From positions 14,833,480 to 14,897,479 of the forward strand of contig CM121342.1 of the NCBI GenBank assembly GCA_051530055.1: a stretch of DNA of 64,000 bases, in the 5' to 3' direction. This stretch comes from Neoechinorhynchus agilis (Eukaryota > Animalia > Acanthocephala). Positions within the stretch are counted from its first letter, which is position 1. Each line of letters starts with the position of its first letter. Under the pieces are notes generated by a model. It saw only the letters and a program-made list of their open reading frames with translations. It made no database searches and was not told the origin of the DNA. A program made the translations under genes and the position numbers. This document shows positions 36,472-50,300 of this stretch, in pieces.

Positions 36472-38170
36472 TCACAATTTTGAGGCAGACGCGTCTGTTG
36501 CTTTGGCATCCTCCTGTTGATGGTGAAGACTATTTTCGTGCTTCTCGATTAAATTATCCTTTTTGGATCGTGAAGCAGCAGCAGACTCGTTAACGGCCGA
36601 ATCATCGCCTCTTTCCTGATGCTGCTCGTTCTGCGGAGGGAATCGTTCGTTGGCCATGTCGAGTTTTCGAACAATGGCAAACGTCTCATGAGTTCCGGCT
36701 CCCGTCGATGTTTTAGCCAAAGAAGCGTGGAGTTTGGAAATCATGTTCGGATCAGGCGTACGGGGCGGTGTGAGACCTTTAAGACATACAACATTCTCAT
36801 TGACCTTCCTGATGGTGGAATACGTTGTAGCGAGAGCGCCTATCGCTCGAATTTTGGCCCTGATGGCTTCTTTTCTTTCTAAAAGTCTTCGGCTTGCAGT
36901 CGAGGCAGCTACGATGGGTTGTGGAGGCACGACGACAGTGGCTGTTTGTTGCGTCTGATCGATTTCATCGGGAGCCATCAACTCCTCTTCGGTGCAAATG
37001 TTAATCATCGTCATCAATATGTTTGTGAGTTTCTCAGCTACAAACGGCAAAGACCAAGTAAAAACGTTCATGAAATTCGGCAGCCAGTATGGATGATCTA
37101 CAGCGTTAAATTGCTTGATATTTATGACATTGCTTTCATATTTAAGAATAGCAGCTTTGTTGTTATAAACGTCCAAATAATTAGGAGCAGAGAATATTGT
37201 TATAAGAGAAGGAAAACTATTCTTGGGATTTTTCTTGTACATTTTAAATCCGTTGTCTTGGGCTTCGTGGGCTCTTATGACGCATAAAAGGTTATTGACG
37301 GTATTGAACTCGTGGACGGCGGCATAACTAAAGAAATAAGAGCATCCTCGATTTCCGTTGTGAATGAACACGTCCTGATCGGGTGTTTCTTCTCCGTAAT
37401 TCTCGGCTGGATCTGCCCAAAGGAGGTCACACATCGCTCCATGCGAAGCAGGTTCTGAGAATCTATCGATTTCCATAATGTCCTGGATGTTGACGATCGA
37501 CGGAGAAATGCCTCCATGAACGCATAAAAACTGCTTGTTTACGAGCGCGGCTAGTGGTAGAGTGTCGAACGACTCAACGATTGCTTCGTACAAGGAGGTT
37601 CCGTACTTTATTTGGCATTCTTCTTTAAACGTAAAGTAGCTAGTTAAGTGCCGGCATTCGTGATTGCCACGAAGTAAATGAAACGAATTTGGGAAAGATA
37701 TCTTGAGGCAATACAAATAGAGAAGACATTCCACGCCAAAATGGCCACGGTCCACGTAGTCACCTAAAAAAAGGTAGTTGTTTTTTTCGACCGGACCTCC
37801 AACTTCAAATAGCTTCATAAGATCATAGAATTGACCGTGGACATCTCCACAGATTGTTATTGGAGAATGAAGACGTAAAACATTCGGTTCACTTCGAAGA
37901 ATCCTGGCTGCTTTGACGACGATGTACTTCCATCGGATTTCTCTCGCTGTGACTATCGAAGGAGAAGAGAAATCCGAGGAGATAGATAGCTGCGTCCATG
38001 TCGATTTTGCCTTCATTGTAAAGATGAGTTCGGACCAGATCGATTCGCGGTCGATCGCGTCTCCCGAAGATATCAGCCCTCGTGAGTATGCGGGTTTCTG
38101 GATATCTAACAGAGGTGATGACACGTTCTGGAGTGGACTTTTGGCTTTCGTTTGGCGTTTGTTTGACCAT
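36472..38170 (-). CDS. PPP3C: Calcineurin A (PP2B catalytic subunit); frame broken by a 58-nt insert at 37927-37984
   Basis: GDVHG, GDYVDRG, RGNHE, SAPNYLDVYNNK, FTWSLPFV, RAKIRAIG calmodulin-binding region, LDMANERFPP autoinhibitory region. Confidence 0.97.
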
Positions 38171-40001
38171 ATTTTCTTTTGAAAAATCTTGAGTGAAGGA
38201 TTCAAAGGCGCGAATTGATGGGTTAGTACGTGGGTGGAGGGGCACGAACGCGAGTGCTCTGCATTCGAGACAGCTGCAGAAGAGGCGTTCTGGTGTAGAA
38301 TATGTGGGTGTGTGGGTGCCACTCACAAAATCGATCCACATTTGCACACGAGCGCGTACACAATCGTTCGGCGGCGGTGGTGGTGGTAATATTGTGGTTG
38401 TGGTGGTGTATTCGGCTAGAGGAAAAGAAGAAGGAAGAGACTAGGCTATGGAGTCTGCTTTTATTGCTCTACCAGTGCAAGAAATGCAATAGGAATGGAA
38501 GATAAATGATAAGCCGGAAGAGGATTCTAAGGCGACGCGGCATGAATGGCAACTCACCGAAATGCAATCGGAGATGAAAGGAGATACATTTCGTCGAAAA
38601 AGGTGGGCAAACTCTTTGTAGATAATGACAGGGGCTAATAATTCGGTCTAAAACATGTCGGAACGACCGGGTTTCCGGATTCGTTGATGCACGCATCGAT
38701 TTTATACAACACATTATGGTGTTCAACGAAAACTTCAAGCAATTTTCAACGAATTTTAAAGTATTTTTCCGTCACTGTTTTTAAAGTCGGAGAAGTGGCC
38801 TGAGTTTTCTACTTATTCGATTACAAACGGAAACTTCTTAAACGTCTTTCAAAACTTAATGGCGCTTATTGAACTGCATAAGGAATTTACGTTTTTCATT
38901 GAAATATTGGCGATGTTTCGAGGGAAATGACGTTAAAGACCTAAATGGTACGCATTTATGATTTAAACCCATTTCTATCGGAACACAAACGTTTTTAAAG
39001 AATGAGCAATTCAGTCTATTGTTCAGGAGGCCGCTCTAAAGAATCAAAACATCAAGGAGCTGTAGAACCCAGCGGGCTGCGTTTAGAGAAGTAAATTCTG
39101 GAAAAAGGAACTAGTTTGAGCTATGCCAAAAATGCCAGTTGGTTCCTCTTAACAAAAACATCCACAATAATGGGATAATTTGTTGTTGTAATTTGTATTT
39201 AATTCGCCCACAATTTCGTGCCATTCGGGGTCGAGACTCGGGGAGCGACGAATTAGGATAGGATAGTTATGGCTGTCAAGGGAACTCTGCCATAGGCTGG
39301 GATGTGATTTTTGCTGCGAACGGATTAAACGTATTTTCGTTCCATTTTCTTCATTGAGAGTTTTTTACCCCATTTCTTACTTCAAATAAGTCTTTTTCAT
39401 ATTCCAAAGACGCGGCTCTATTATCGATCACAACGAGATGAATAGACTTTTTGTCCTTAGATTTTTGAAATTCGTTTCTTAGTGACTTAGAAAAGTTTGC
39501 AGTTTTAAGAATTCGTTAGAGAGAGATCGATGTGTAGTTGCCGTTTTAAGAACCTAAGACAAAATATAATTTCGATTTGCATAAGAAGAGATTGGATGTG
39601 ACTGCTGGGAGCGACTATTTTTAATGCATTAGTCAAATTTGTATCCTTGTAGTGGTAAGTTTTGAGACAAGTATGTGGGTACTCACTTTTGACTCACAAA
39701 AAGATTCGATAAAAGAAGTCGAACAATCTACTAAAACACATTTTGTGAGTCTCTATAGAAATATAAAATTCACTAGAAAACATACAATATGCCTCTTTAC
39801 CGTTAAATGAAACCTTTGTTCAGAGTGAATCCTCCGAATGCTTTTGTTGCAGCATTAGAAGAAGGCGCGTTTGAGATTAGTCATCCAAAAAGGTTTGCTT
39901 TAAAAGAGACGAAGAATAGTTAATAAGGGAGAATATGTATATGAGAGAGAAAAAAAATCCCGCTTTATCGCACTCCATAAAGCTTACACAACTGCGACTA
40001 T

Positions 40002-42191
40002 TCACTCTTTTTTCTGTTTCTTCGTCTTCAAGAATCCAAAGTATGCAATCGTGAACAGGATGAGAGTGATCAAAAGCGCGAGCCAAGGCTTGATCATTAT
40101 GGGATTGATTGGAATTTTAAGCAATTCTAAATCCCACTTTATGGTCACGAGTACTTCGGAAATGAGACAGCATAGCATTATCCATGCTTGCATCCCAAGT
40201 TTCTTACATTTCCTTTTGAGAAAAGGTTATATTGACCTTTTAAAGAAGAAAATGAACTGACGTATTGTCAAGATAATCAAATGTCTCACGAATCGCGACT
40301 CCGCCAGCCATTGTATAAATGCCAAGACGGACTAGGCAGATTGGATGTGGAGCAGGTAACCATAGACTGTGTTTAAGGTAAAAGGTCCCAAGGTCTTGAA
40401 GGAGGAAACATGCAATCAGAAATAGAACGGTCAGCCATCTTTTGATGTTTTCCAAGGGTCGCCATTCGAAGTTCACGAAATCGTTTGGACCGAATCGTCC
40501 AAGAAACCGTTTTGATGAAGGTCTTAAGAAGTCAGAATATACGGAGCGCGATTAAAAGAAGAGTACAAACCGAACCAGAAATTCACATGTCTTCATTCCT
40601 GCCCATATTCCGATTGCGTTACATAGTGCGAAATCCACAATCCACTAGATCAATAAAAGAAGGAAATCGAAGATATGAGAAAATCTATGAAATTCGGAAT
40701 TCTTGAATTAGAACGATATGCGAATCAGATTTTTTTGCTAAATTGAGCAGCATATTTTCTTCAAAGCATGATTCTCTTCTATTCGAAAAAACGAGGAACG
40801 TACAGAAGCTTGTTTTTAAAAAATATTGTATTAAAAAGTAAAAAAGTTTCTATAAGGTTTAGAAACCCTTGTGCAACTCACATGATCCCACCAGCATTCT
40901 TCGAAATTAGGCAATTGCGTCTGGAGAGTATACTCGAGTAACTCGAATCCAGCACTCAGAATAAGCAGTATATTCACATCTCGAATCACAAGAGCCTTGA
41001 CCCACCATCCAAGTAGATGAGCAACCACAAATACATCGCATTTATCCTAAAAGATTATCTTCTTAGTTCAGTAAGCCCAATGTACCTTGACGTTATGGAA
41101 CGGATCGTCTGGATTATTGACAACGTCATAAATAATGCAATTTCCTCCGTAGTTCCGTTCCGGCAGTGGTTTGTTCAATGATGAATCAACATACGAACAT
41201 AATTTTCTAGCGTCCGACAAATCCTAAAAACGTGAAAAATAAAGAAGCAAAAGGAATCAAAGACATTTAAATGGTGACTGTTAAATTAAAGGTCCTCTCA
41301 TCTAATGACAACTTCAGTATTTGTTGCTTAAATGTTTTAAAGTTTTGTCTTATCACATGAGCGCAATTCGTTCAGAAACCTAAGAAGGTGTGCGATATTT
41401 TTTAAATGATGTTAGAACTCGCAATGTTCAATGAGCCCAAATTTCGCTGAACAAAGTAATTTTTAATGACATTTCCGCTTAGCTGCTAAAATCAAAATTT
41501 CATATTAAGTCTCCCAAAAGGCAAATTTTTCCCCATTAAAAAGACATTTTCAAGGTTGGCAGATTAAGTTTTGTGTTTTAATTTCGACTTACCAGGTTTA
41601 GCATGTAGACGAGAAGTATAAAATAAGAAAGACTGACAGCTCCAACAATTCGCCAAATGACTAAGTTATTAACGAGTATTAAAGCATTTTGAGAAACCCT
41701 AACTTACTGGGATGAGGGCGCTTAAACGGTCCGTCAGGTAGATAAACGGCAGCGAAGGTGACAAAAGTGATAAACCCAGCAATAAGACCTCTGTTCAATC
41801 ATGAACATTTTGAATCGGGGATAAAAGTTAACCTTTGATTTGGACTAATTCTGAATGGAAGATTGACCGTGATCATTTTTTGGGGCAACATTCCTAAACA
41901 ATGAGAATAAAGGTCCAGGATCCAAGATCTGATCGATACCTGAGATTACTACCAGCACAACGAACATGAAGGCCAATACGGTTATCGAATGTGACTGATT
42001 GCTTATAAATGGTAAGAAATTTGAATGTTAGAAGGTTTAGACATAAAAACTCACGATAATCGTTGTTGAATTGATTGACGAATTGGAGACTTCAAAGGTG
42101 GCGTTGGCAAACGACGTTGTTCGTCGAGGTATTTGAGGCCATATCGGGATGAAGGGCCGGCGATTCTATCCACTTCCGAGTAGAGCTTCAT
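40002..42191 (-). CDS. PTDSS2: Phosphatidylserine synthase, PTDSS2-like, multi-exon; start codon approximate
   Basis: Exons read [65 protein letters not shown], joined by GT-AG introns. Confidence 0.88.
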
Positions 42192-42929
42192 TCTGGCGAT
42201 GGAAAGGTCTCCACGGACGAAGACTTTAAGTCTGAAAGCACGCAAGAATCACGTATCTATTCAAAACGGAATCATTTTAGCACTTTTGGTCGTTGACTTG
42301 CAAACTATTGCAAACACAAAAATATCGGATCGGGAATCGGTGTTGCACCATTGGAGGTAAAGTTGGAGTTCCCTTTTTTGTGAGGATTTAAAGGTTTTTC
42401 TTGGATAATCTGGTCTCATGCGAGTTTCTTTTGTTGAAAAAGTAATGGAAATTCTCGATCAGTGATTTTTTTGAGAAAATTTGAGTAAAATCATTTCTGC
42501 AACTCAGCTTTTAGAACAGTTAAAGCATTTTCAATATCTTTTGGAAATTCGAAGTAAAATAGTGAATGAAAATAGCGATACATTCTTGTCGTATGAATCA
42601 TTAACGAATTCGTCTCTTTCAAGTGCTCTGTAACACCAAAACCTCACGAAAGTGGATGCAACAACGAAATGAGTAACATCATAGCGCTTTCGGTATTCTA
42701 TACGAAAGCAGTCCATCAATCAACTGAATTTTGCTTATATTTGGTAAAGGGTTAAATAATCAATCGTATCCACATGCTTCGTTGAATTAATCTGGACAGT
42801 TTTATATCATTCCAAGAGATATTGAAGTTGATTAAGCGATGAATAATATGCTAAGAATATCTTAGCAAATCATTTGTTTTGTAAAGCAGCTAAAAGTTTT
42901 TTTATTAAATTAAAAACTTTTGTACGTTT

Positions 42930-43110
42930 CCGAAATCACGTATCGGATCTGCCTTTTGGGTTTGAGACCTACGGATTTCTTGGTAACGAGGCTCTTGAAC
43001 TCCTGAGGGATCTGAATTGGCGCCTTCAGGTTACAACCGGCGATGCCGTGTTGAGAAGAAACACTGCAAGCATTCGGGCGACAATTGAGGACGAGGACGG
43101 CGAATAATTA
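42930..43110 (+). mobile_element. Short degenerate CRE-like 3' end
   Basis: PFGFETYGFLGNEALELLRDLNWRLQVTTGD...NTASIRAT. Confidence 0.7.
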
Positions 43111-44299
43111 TGTTTATATCTTCTTTAATAAAACGAATAACTTAAAAAAATCTCAACTCAGAATATGTTTTATCGGGGATGGATTATGATCGCCACAACT
43201 CAATGTTCTTCGACTTCACTTCAATCCTCATCGCCTTCTACATTAATTTTTGGTTTTTACAATTATATATCATCGTGAAACTTTACTTAATCCATTCAAT
43301 ATTCGACCGGAAATGAGTTTACTTAATGATGCATGCAGAAAAGTAATGCTTTTGTAGCTTTCATTAAGAGATTTAGTAATATGAATCTTTATTGGAACAT
43401 TAAGAATGTTAATATAATCCTTGAATGCTGCTCTCGTAAAAAAGTGCTTACCGATGTGCTATTTATTCTTCATTACTCAAAGAAACGGAATACTTAGGAC
43501 TTTCCAATTTTGAAGCGAGATTAACAAACACAGAAAATAATAAATCAATATTAAAATGTGCCTAAATGAAATTTATGAAAATGACTACTCTTCACCGATT
43601 GATTTTGCTTTTGGGAAGTGAAGGTTATCTGTTATTCAAATGGCTGTGACTGGTCATTTATAACTCTCTTCTAGATACGATCACACGATATCAGCAAAAT
43701 TAATTTCATTGTCGATCAATCATTTCTACGGTAAATCGTGTGATTTGCTTTGCGTGCAAGTAGTGAATTACGCTATAGGTGGTTTTACATCCATAAAAAA
43801 GAAGTAATTTAAAAAATCAAGAAATGATTGTTCTAATAAATTTGATTGTTTGTTTAAACTTTACAACTTGTTTGTATTAAACATGTAAAAAAGTCAAATA
43901 TAATTGTAACACGTAGTTCTTTTTTAGAAGATTCTGACCGTTTTAAACAAGATCAGAACATTTTTTACTGGCAGATAACGCACACACATCGATTTCTATG
44001 TATCGCAACTCGATTAATTGGTTGAGTGGATTAATAAAAGCATTTATATTATAACAATAAACGTGGAGTTGTATGTGAAACCTAATTGGCTTAATAATAA
44101 AATTTATTGATTATAATTAAATGTCAAATGTATTTATTGAATTATATAACTTCATTTAAAAAAACAAGATTTACAAGTTTGCTGTACATTTTAGCATCTA
44201 GCAAAAAACACACGCTTACTGCGATTCTGAGTACTTTGGATTTTGATATTAATCGACTTTAGTTTCTAACAAATAAAATATAAGTGATCAAAATTATCC

Positions 44300-44860
44300 T
44301 TTTAGATTTTGTTGAACGTTAAACGGGTCCATGGATACTTCGTACTTTGATTTCCGGCTAAAAGATAGTTGAATTCAAAAGAAGCATGTCCCTCAGACAT
44401 TCAGAAATCGAATATCATGCATATCAGATTAGCACAAAGTAATTGTCCACTACGATAAGTCACTCCCCATTCGATTTCGATAATGTAATCGACTATTCGA
44501 AAATCCGCCTGTATCGTTGGGATTGTGATATCAACGAATCCGCCAATTAATTGAGAACGGTTGTTTCGTTTGCCACCTTTATTCTCACTTAAGATTGTTT
44601 TAGTCTATTTGACCGTATAGCAGCGTATTACTCGTTTTAGACCGTTTTAAACCATGACCCTCTCTCGCGCGCTGGATTGCATCAAAAATATTCAAGATCA
44701 AGTGTTTTGCTTGTGCTTTTCAGATTAAGTGAAATGCACTAGAAGCTTCCTTAAATCATTTATACCTCCGTGTTGAACTCCAACGCTCCTTAGTCCAACA
44801 AAATCATAATCACTGCAATTAGAGCATAGAACATTTTTTGGACCACCTAAACCGGATGTT
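44300..44860 (-). mobile_element. Possible hAT-type transposase N-terminal zinc-finger remnant
   Basis: LCSNC...HGGINDLRK..H..SEKHK resembles the CxxC...HGGxxD..H...KH finger of hAT transposases; many stops. Confidence 0.35.
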
Positions 44861-47800
44861 ACGTATTAAAAAAAGTTTTAGTAAGTGAACATACAGCTCG
44901 GAAACACTTTGAGACTTTGGATCGACCGCACGGGAAGCGATTGATGTTGTCATTGTAGTGCTTGTGGTACAGAGCGGGATCTGTAAAAGCTCATGATAGT
45001 TGCTGTCATATAAAGAGGTTCCTCTCTGCTTGATGAGAATAGATGGAGCTGTCATGGCTTTGTCAAAGTGCATTTGATACCATTAGAACGAACAGACAAC
45101 CAAAGCCGCAATGGGACCGCGTCCGTGAATATCAGCTACACTATAGGTTCAACTTAAAACAAAGAATATTTAAATGGTAGCAGAAGTTCGTCTTTTTAAA
45201 TTGTGTCAGGATCAACGGAATTTTTTTATCGCAAGCAAAGAGCTTTGAGCTTAAAAAAGAAGGCTATCCGTCTAGTTTCAGGGGAACATTTTGTAATAAT
45301 CACGAAAATATGCTTTTTTAAAAAGAACCGAGATGACTTATCATATTATAGTGTTTCCTTTCGCTTTCATAGTATCGATTTTTTATTAGCTTTTGTATTA
45401 CTTTCTTGAAGCATAAAATAATCATTTCGAGAAAAAGAACGATGAACAACGAAGTGACCTCTGTGTAGCTCGAAATATTTTTTTAAATGGATTAATTCTT
45501 CATAAGTATTTCTTATAAAAAATGTCTTTAATGGAGAAATTCGGTGTTTTAAACTTTTCACCTTGAATAAATTGGATTACCAATGATGCTAAATGACATA
45601 AATTCATCTCTGGAATTTGAGATAGGAAATCAGTTATCGCACTCCATTTCCTGCATTCTCGAGTTCGAATTACTTTGTCTGATGGACTCGTGTAATTTTA
45701 TGAATCATTCTCATAAAAACCTTTTTGGAAAGTTATGTATTCTGTTCTTTTCACAAATCGTTCTTGGGAGTGATAAATTCGGCAGCAGCAATGGAATGAT
45801 TTTTTCAACCGTTCTCTCAAAAAAGAAATTATTGTTTAAATAACCCAGTGATCTAGGATTATTATAGGTTGTTTCGCTACTTAACAAAGAAGTTGAAAAG
45901 TAAAAGTGTTTAAAATGTGTATGTAATTAGGCTTAGAGAAAGTCCTTTTTCCGTTTCTCTTATTCTAAAGCAGCTAAAGTTCCTAATCCAAAGGTGTGTT
46001 TTTTATAAAAATGAAATGTTTGACACGGGTGTCCTGGATGTTTAGAGCACAAAATCGGCAAAACTCCAAATTTTTGCATTTTATTTAAATATTCTGGGCT
46101 TAATTTTGCCTTTCACCGAAAAAAACGCTCTAAGATTAGAAAATGCAACTGATCCCTAGTAATGTTTAAGAGGCATCTGACAGCGGACATTAAATGATCC
46201 ATCTGTCGCGTAAGATGTATGATTCACTAGTAGAAATGGAAACAAGAATGCGACGGATTCTTTGCGTTTTTTCCATTGTGATTATTTTCATTTAGAAGAA
46301 TGTATACCATTGTGTATGCATGTGTTTATGGATGGCGGATATTCAGAACAACCGCACATCCGCTCCCATACTTTCTCTAAGTGTCATTAAAGGGCAAACT
46401 GCGGTGTTATCGACCAGTTTGTGTCCTTCAATAAAGAATATTTAATGCAATATCTTCTAACTGTTTAGGTTGTGCCCTTGATTGGCCGAGCTAGTAAAAG
46501 ACCATGGAACCCCTTGGTTTCAGTTTCTGCAAATATTGATGCTCTTTTGTGAAGTTGAAATTCCCTGGGAATTACGCAAAAACTGATTATGCTGTTGACA
46601 TCCTCCTCTCAGTCTTGTAGAGACCTTCCTTTAAACTTTTTTGCTCTTCTAATCTCCTTATAGCTCTTTAACTGAGCTCATACATAAGGATCAAATCAGG
46701 CTAACCTGACCCAAATATCGGTGCAAACATTGCCAATGATGCAATGAGATTTATTTGATACTCGGAACAACTGCAACTGCAGGGCATTTTGTTCTGCCTT
46801 GCGCTTTTCATTAAAGGATCTTTTTTTTCGCGATGTCAGTGCCACGCCAAGCATATATATATGTTAACGTCTAATCTAGAGATCATCTCTTGGTAACATT
46901 TGTTCCTGGGGACGAGCTGCGATATAATCTTTTCTAAGAAAATGATGCCATTATCAAAGTTTTCGGTTTAAAGGATTTTTAGCCCTAGGAACTACGACTT
47001 TCATAAAATTTGTTTTCATCTTAATATTTTTTGAAAGGTAGGCCGCCAAGTGCCAGCAGCGACTCAGTGAAGGGTGGTGGCATTTCTGCATGTGTATGAG
47101 AATTTCGCTTGGATGGACAAGACAACATTTTATGGAACACGTTTGACCGGCATCGGCTCGAGACAACTACCAGAATCCGAGACTGCTAATACGACGTCTG
47201 GCCACCATCTCTCGCACCTATTTAGTCTTTGGCTGGCTAAATCGAACCAGAAAACAATGTCGCCAATTATAGTTGATCTGCAACAGAAAACAGGTTCTCA
47301 ATTTATTAGAACAAAATTGATGGTTCGAATTTGAGTAAAGACAGGTTTGTTTAAGACCTTAACGCCCACACTTTGATATTTAAATGAGAAATCGTGATTA
47401 ATGATCAGCACTTCACCGACCAGACAATGTTGGCTGTCCAGATAAAACGCGAAACAGGATAAAATCGCACTGATTATTCATCATGGAGATTTACTATCTT
47501 GTTTCTAAAAGATGTAGGTGTTTAGTCGACGTTAATTTTAAGGTTGTGGCAAGTTATTTGTTTTTTTTAAACCCATTCTTTAATCAAATAATCACTTTTG
47601 GATTTATCAGTTTTCTCATATCTTTATATTGAGACTGAATTCGCACAAAGTCAGAGCAGCGCCTAATGGCAAATTTTTCCCTATATATGTCCGACAATCG
47701 AATTTTCACGCTCAAGTAATGGGTGGAAATGACCCTTGGCCGCATTAAATGTCAACGGATGCCTTTTTCAAGCACTTTTTCCTATATTTCATAGGCATTA

Positions 47801-49879
47801 GTAATTCTAAACTTCATTCGACCGGAAATAGAATCACCCGTGTGACAATTTGCTGTTGCCGATGCCTCGCAAATAGTTAATTTAAGTCTGATCTTTCCTC
47901 TTGCAGTTAATTTAAAATACCATTCTCGATTCCGGGATCAGCTTTTAATCCCTCCGCTAAATTATTTTGGTCGAGATTGTAGGCTTGAATACTTGATATC
48001 TTTGTTCTCAAGACGCAAATAATTGACTAATAACGTGGCCTCATGGGTCAGCTGGTGATTTTTGAGGCGACACATTCGTCTCGCAGACAATTGATTCCCA
48101 ATGGAACAATTTTGGTAGTGACCACCGCTAGGGCATAAGATTTCACCAGACAAACGGACTGGTCAGGTGAGCTCTCATCATCATTTAGATATAATGAATT
48201 ACCCATTTATCCTCGGACACCATGCGTGATCCGAAGGACCTTCTTAAATAGACTAAACAAGAAGAATAAACAACCTATACTACAAGTCTTTAGCAGATCC
48301 GGTTTATCAAGCGCATTTGACCTTTGTTATGACATTAATGAGTACTCCAGAAAATCCGCCGAGATTTAGAGAAATTATTTATTTTCACTGTCATTCTCCT
48401 CACGTATTTAGAACTTTTAATTTCTCTCGATCGTGCTGGTCGAATTGGCGACATTCGGACCAAACACGCAATTTATCTATTTTTCGAGGCATCCACTGTC
48501 ATCGTTAGTTGGATTGGAGGCTACCACTTAAGCATTATTGGTGCCAAGGGAGCTATAATTGCTTCTATCTCGACCACCTTTCGGATACAGGCACTGAAGT
48601 CCTGGGTGAGTGTTTTTGTTAAGAAAGTCGATAGGTCTCGTTGAATCAGACTTCCTTTCGGCACCAGTGTCGATTTCGGTTTGTGTGTCCTACAACATCA
48701 GAAGATGTCGAATGGTTCTATTAATATTTGTGGCTAACGGGTTAGGACCCGCTTCACATCCTTTTCAATTTTTTCGATTGCTCTTATCATACCGACAAGT
48801 GAAAGCGGCCTTGAGCCGTTTGTTTAGAATGCTAGCGCCTGCCATTCAAGTGGTTCCGCTCATGCCAAAAATACGGTTCATCTGTTGAGTTTTACGTTAT
48901 CATAAAAGTTCCCTCTTGCTTTATCAAACCCGTTTGCTTATCTTTTGATGGTATTCTTTAGCACAAACTCAACTTCTCTTTGAAGATACTCTCAGAGCAG
49001 TCAAAACAGTTTGAACACTACTTGTTTGTTCAATGTATCTTTGGAATGGATCAGAGCAATGTACACAAAGGAATTTACAATTCGCAATGTGTCATGTAGG
49101 AATGTCCGTCCATCAAATATCGTCTGAGACTTCAGCATATGGGTAACTTCAAAGGCAGTGGTATAAATATGGATCTTTCTGGTTTCTCTTGCTACTTTTG
49201 AACTTCATTGGCAGGAATGCTAGAAAGTCTTATTTTTAGACGATAGCAAAAAATCATTGGCTAATTGAAATGAACTTTACAGAACTATTTGACGTCCGAT
49301 ACCAATGTAAATGTCTTCAACAAAGCGGATTTTCTCCAAGTGTCATTCCAATAGAATTTCTACTAGTGGTCAGACTCGCACTACTACTTCTTCAGATTTT
49401 ATATACGACTGTTAGCTACAAATGCATTTTCATCTGTCTATAATTATGCTTCTAGTCCAAACCGGAAGTTAGGAAAATAGATCGACTTTTGTCGAGCGAA
49501 ATGCATTAATTAAGCCAATTCATTTCTAGTGGCTACAATTGGTTGTGAATTCTACGAGAGTACTCATCAAAAAAAAGTTGGTTATTGATCTTATAAAATT
49601 ACATGCCACTATATGGTTTCATTTGATTTCGATAGCTTAGTTAAAGGTGTTCAACCCAAAGGATTCTCAATTCTACGCGCTGTCTCGATTCCGGGAACTT
49701 TTCCGTGTTAACAATATCACAAACAAAAGATCATTTCTTGATTCCTATGTTTTTGTCAATATTGAAAAAGTTGTTCTAATTTCGTTTGTTGTATAAATAC
49801 CATTTATTCCTTAACTTTACATTGGAGCGCTTCCTAAGTAAAGTGCTCAATGTGGATACAAGCTCCTCCCCTCACTCGC

Positions 49880-50300
49880 GCTGTTTGCTAAACAGCTTTA
49901 ATGCTCTGTTCAATACCAATGTTCAACTTGCGTTTTCGCCCATCCACCGCCATTCGGCAAGTGCTCGACCCTGTCAACTCGTCTCATTTGATTTTACGCT
50001 TTCCCGCAGTCCAGATCGTGTCGCCATCGACATCTATTGTCTGCCTCGCCCTCCATTCACTGTTAACTTCTCGTCTCTCCGCCCGTTGTCTCGTCCTCGT
50101 AGACTTTTTATTCTCTTAAACGCATGCTGTACACTCCTCAACATCTCAATCAACAGCAACCGGTCAACAGACCACTCTTTTAGTACTCTCGGATCTTTTA
50201 TTATTAATCAAATTGCCACATCAGTCTGCCCGATTTCTTACACTCTGTTATCCAAAATTTTCAAAGCAACACAAGAATCTCTTAAATATTCAGGTATTCG
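49880..50300 (+). mobile_element. Possible degenerate LINE RT remnant
   Basis: C/T-skewed strand; STSIVCLALHSLLT...CLVLVDF and STLGSFII loosely match RT motifs. Confidence 0.35.

Noticed and set aside
23700-37990. Euplotes-like +1 ribosomal frameshifting as the explanation for the broken ORFs
   Set aside because: Four inserts are 1 mod 3, but the two Nup133 inserts are not. Read-through would add 13-50 foreign residues inside conserved folds and does not explain TIRs or direct repeats.
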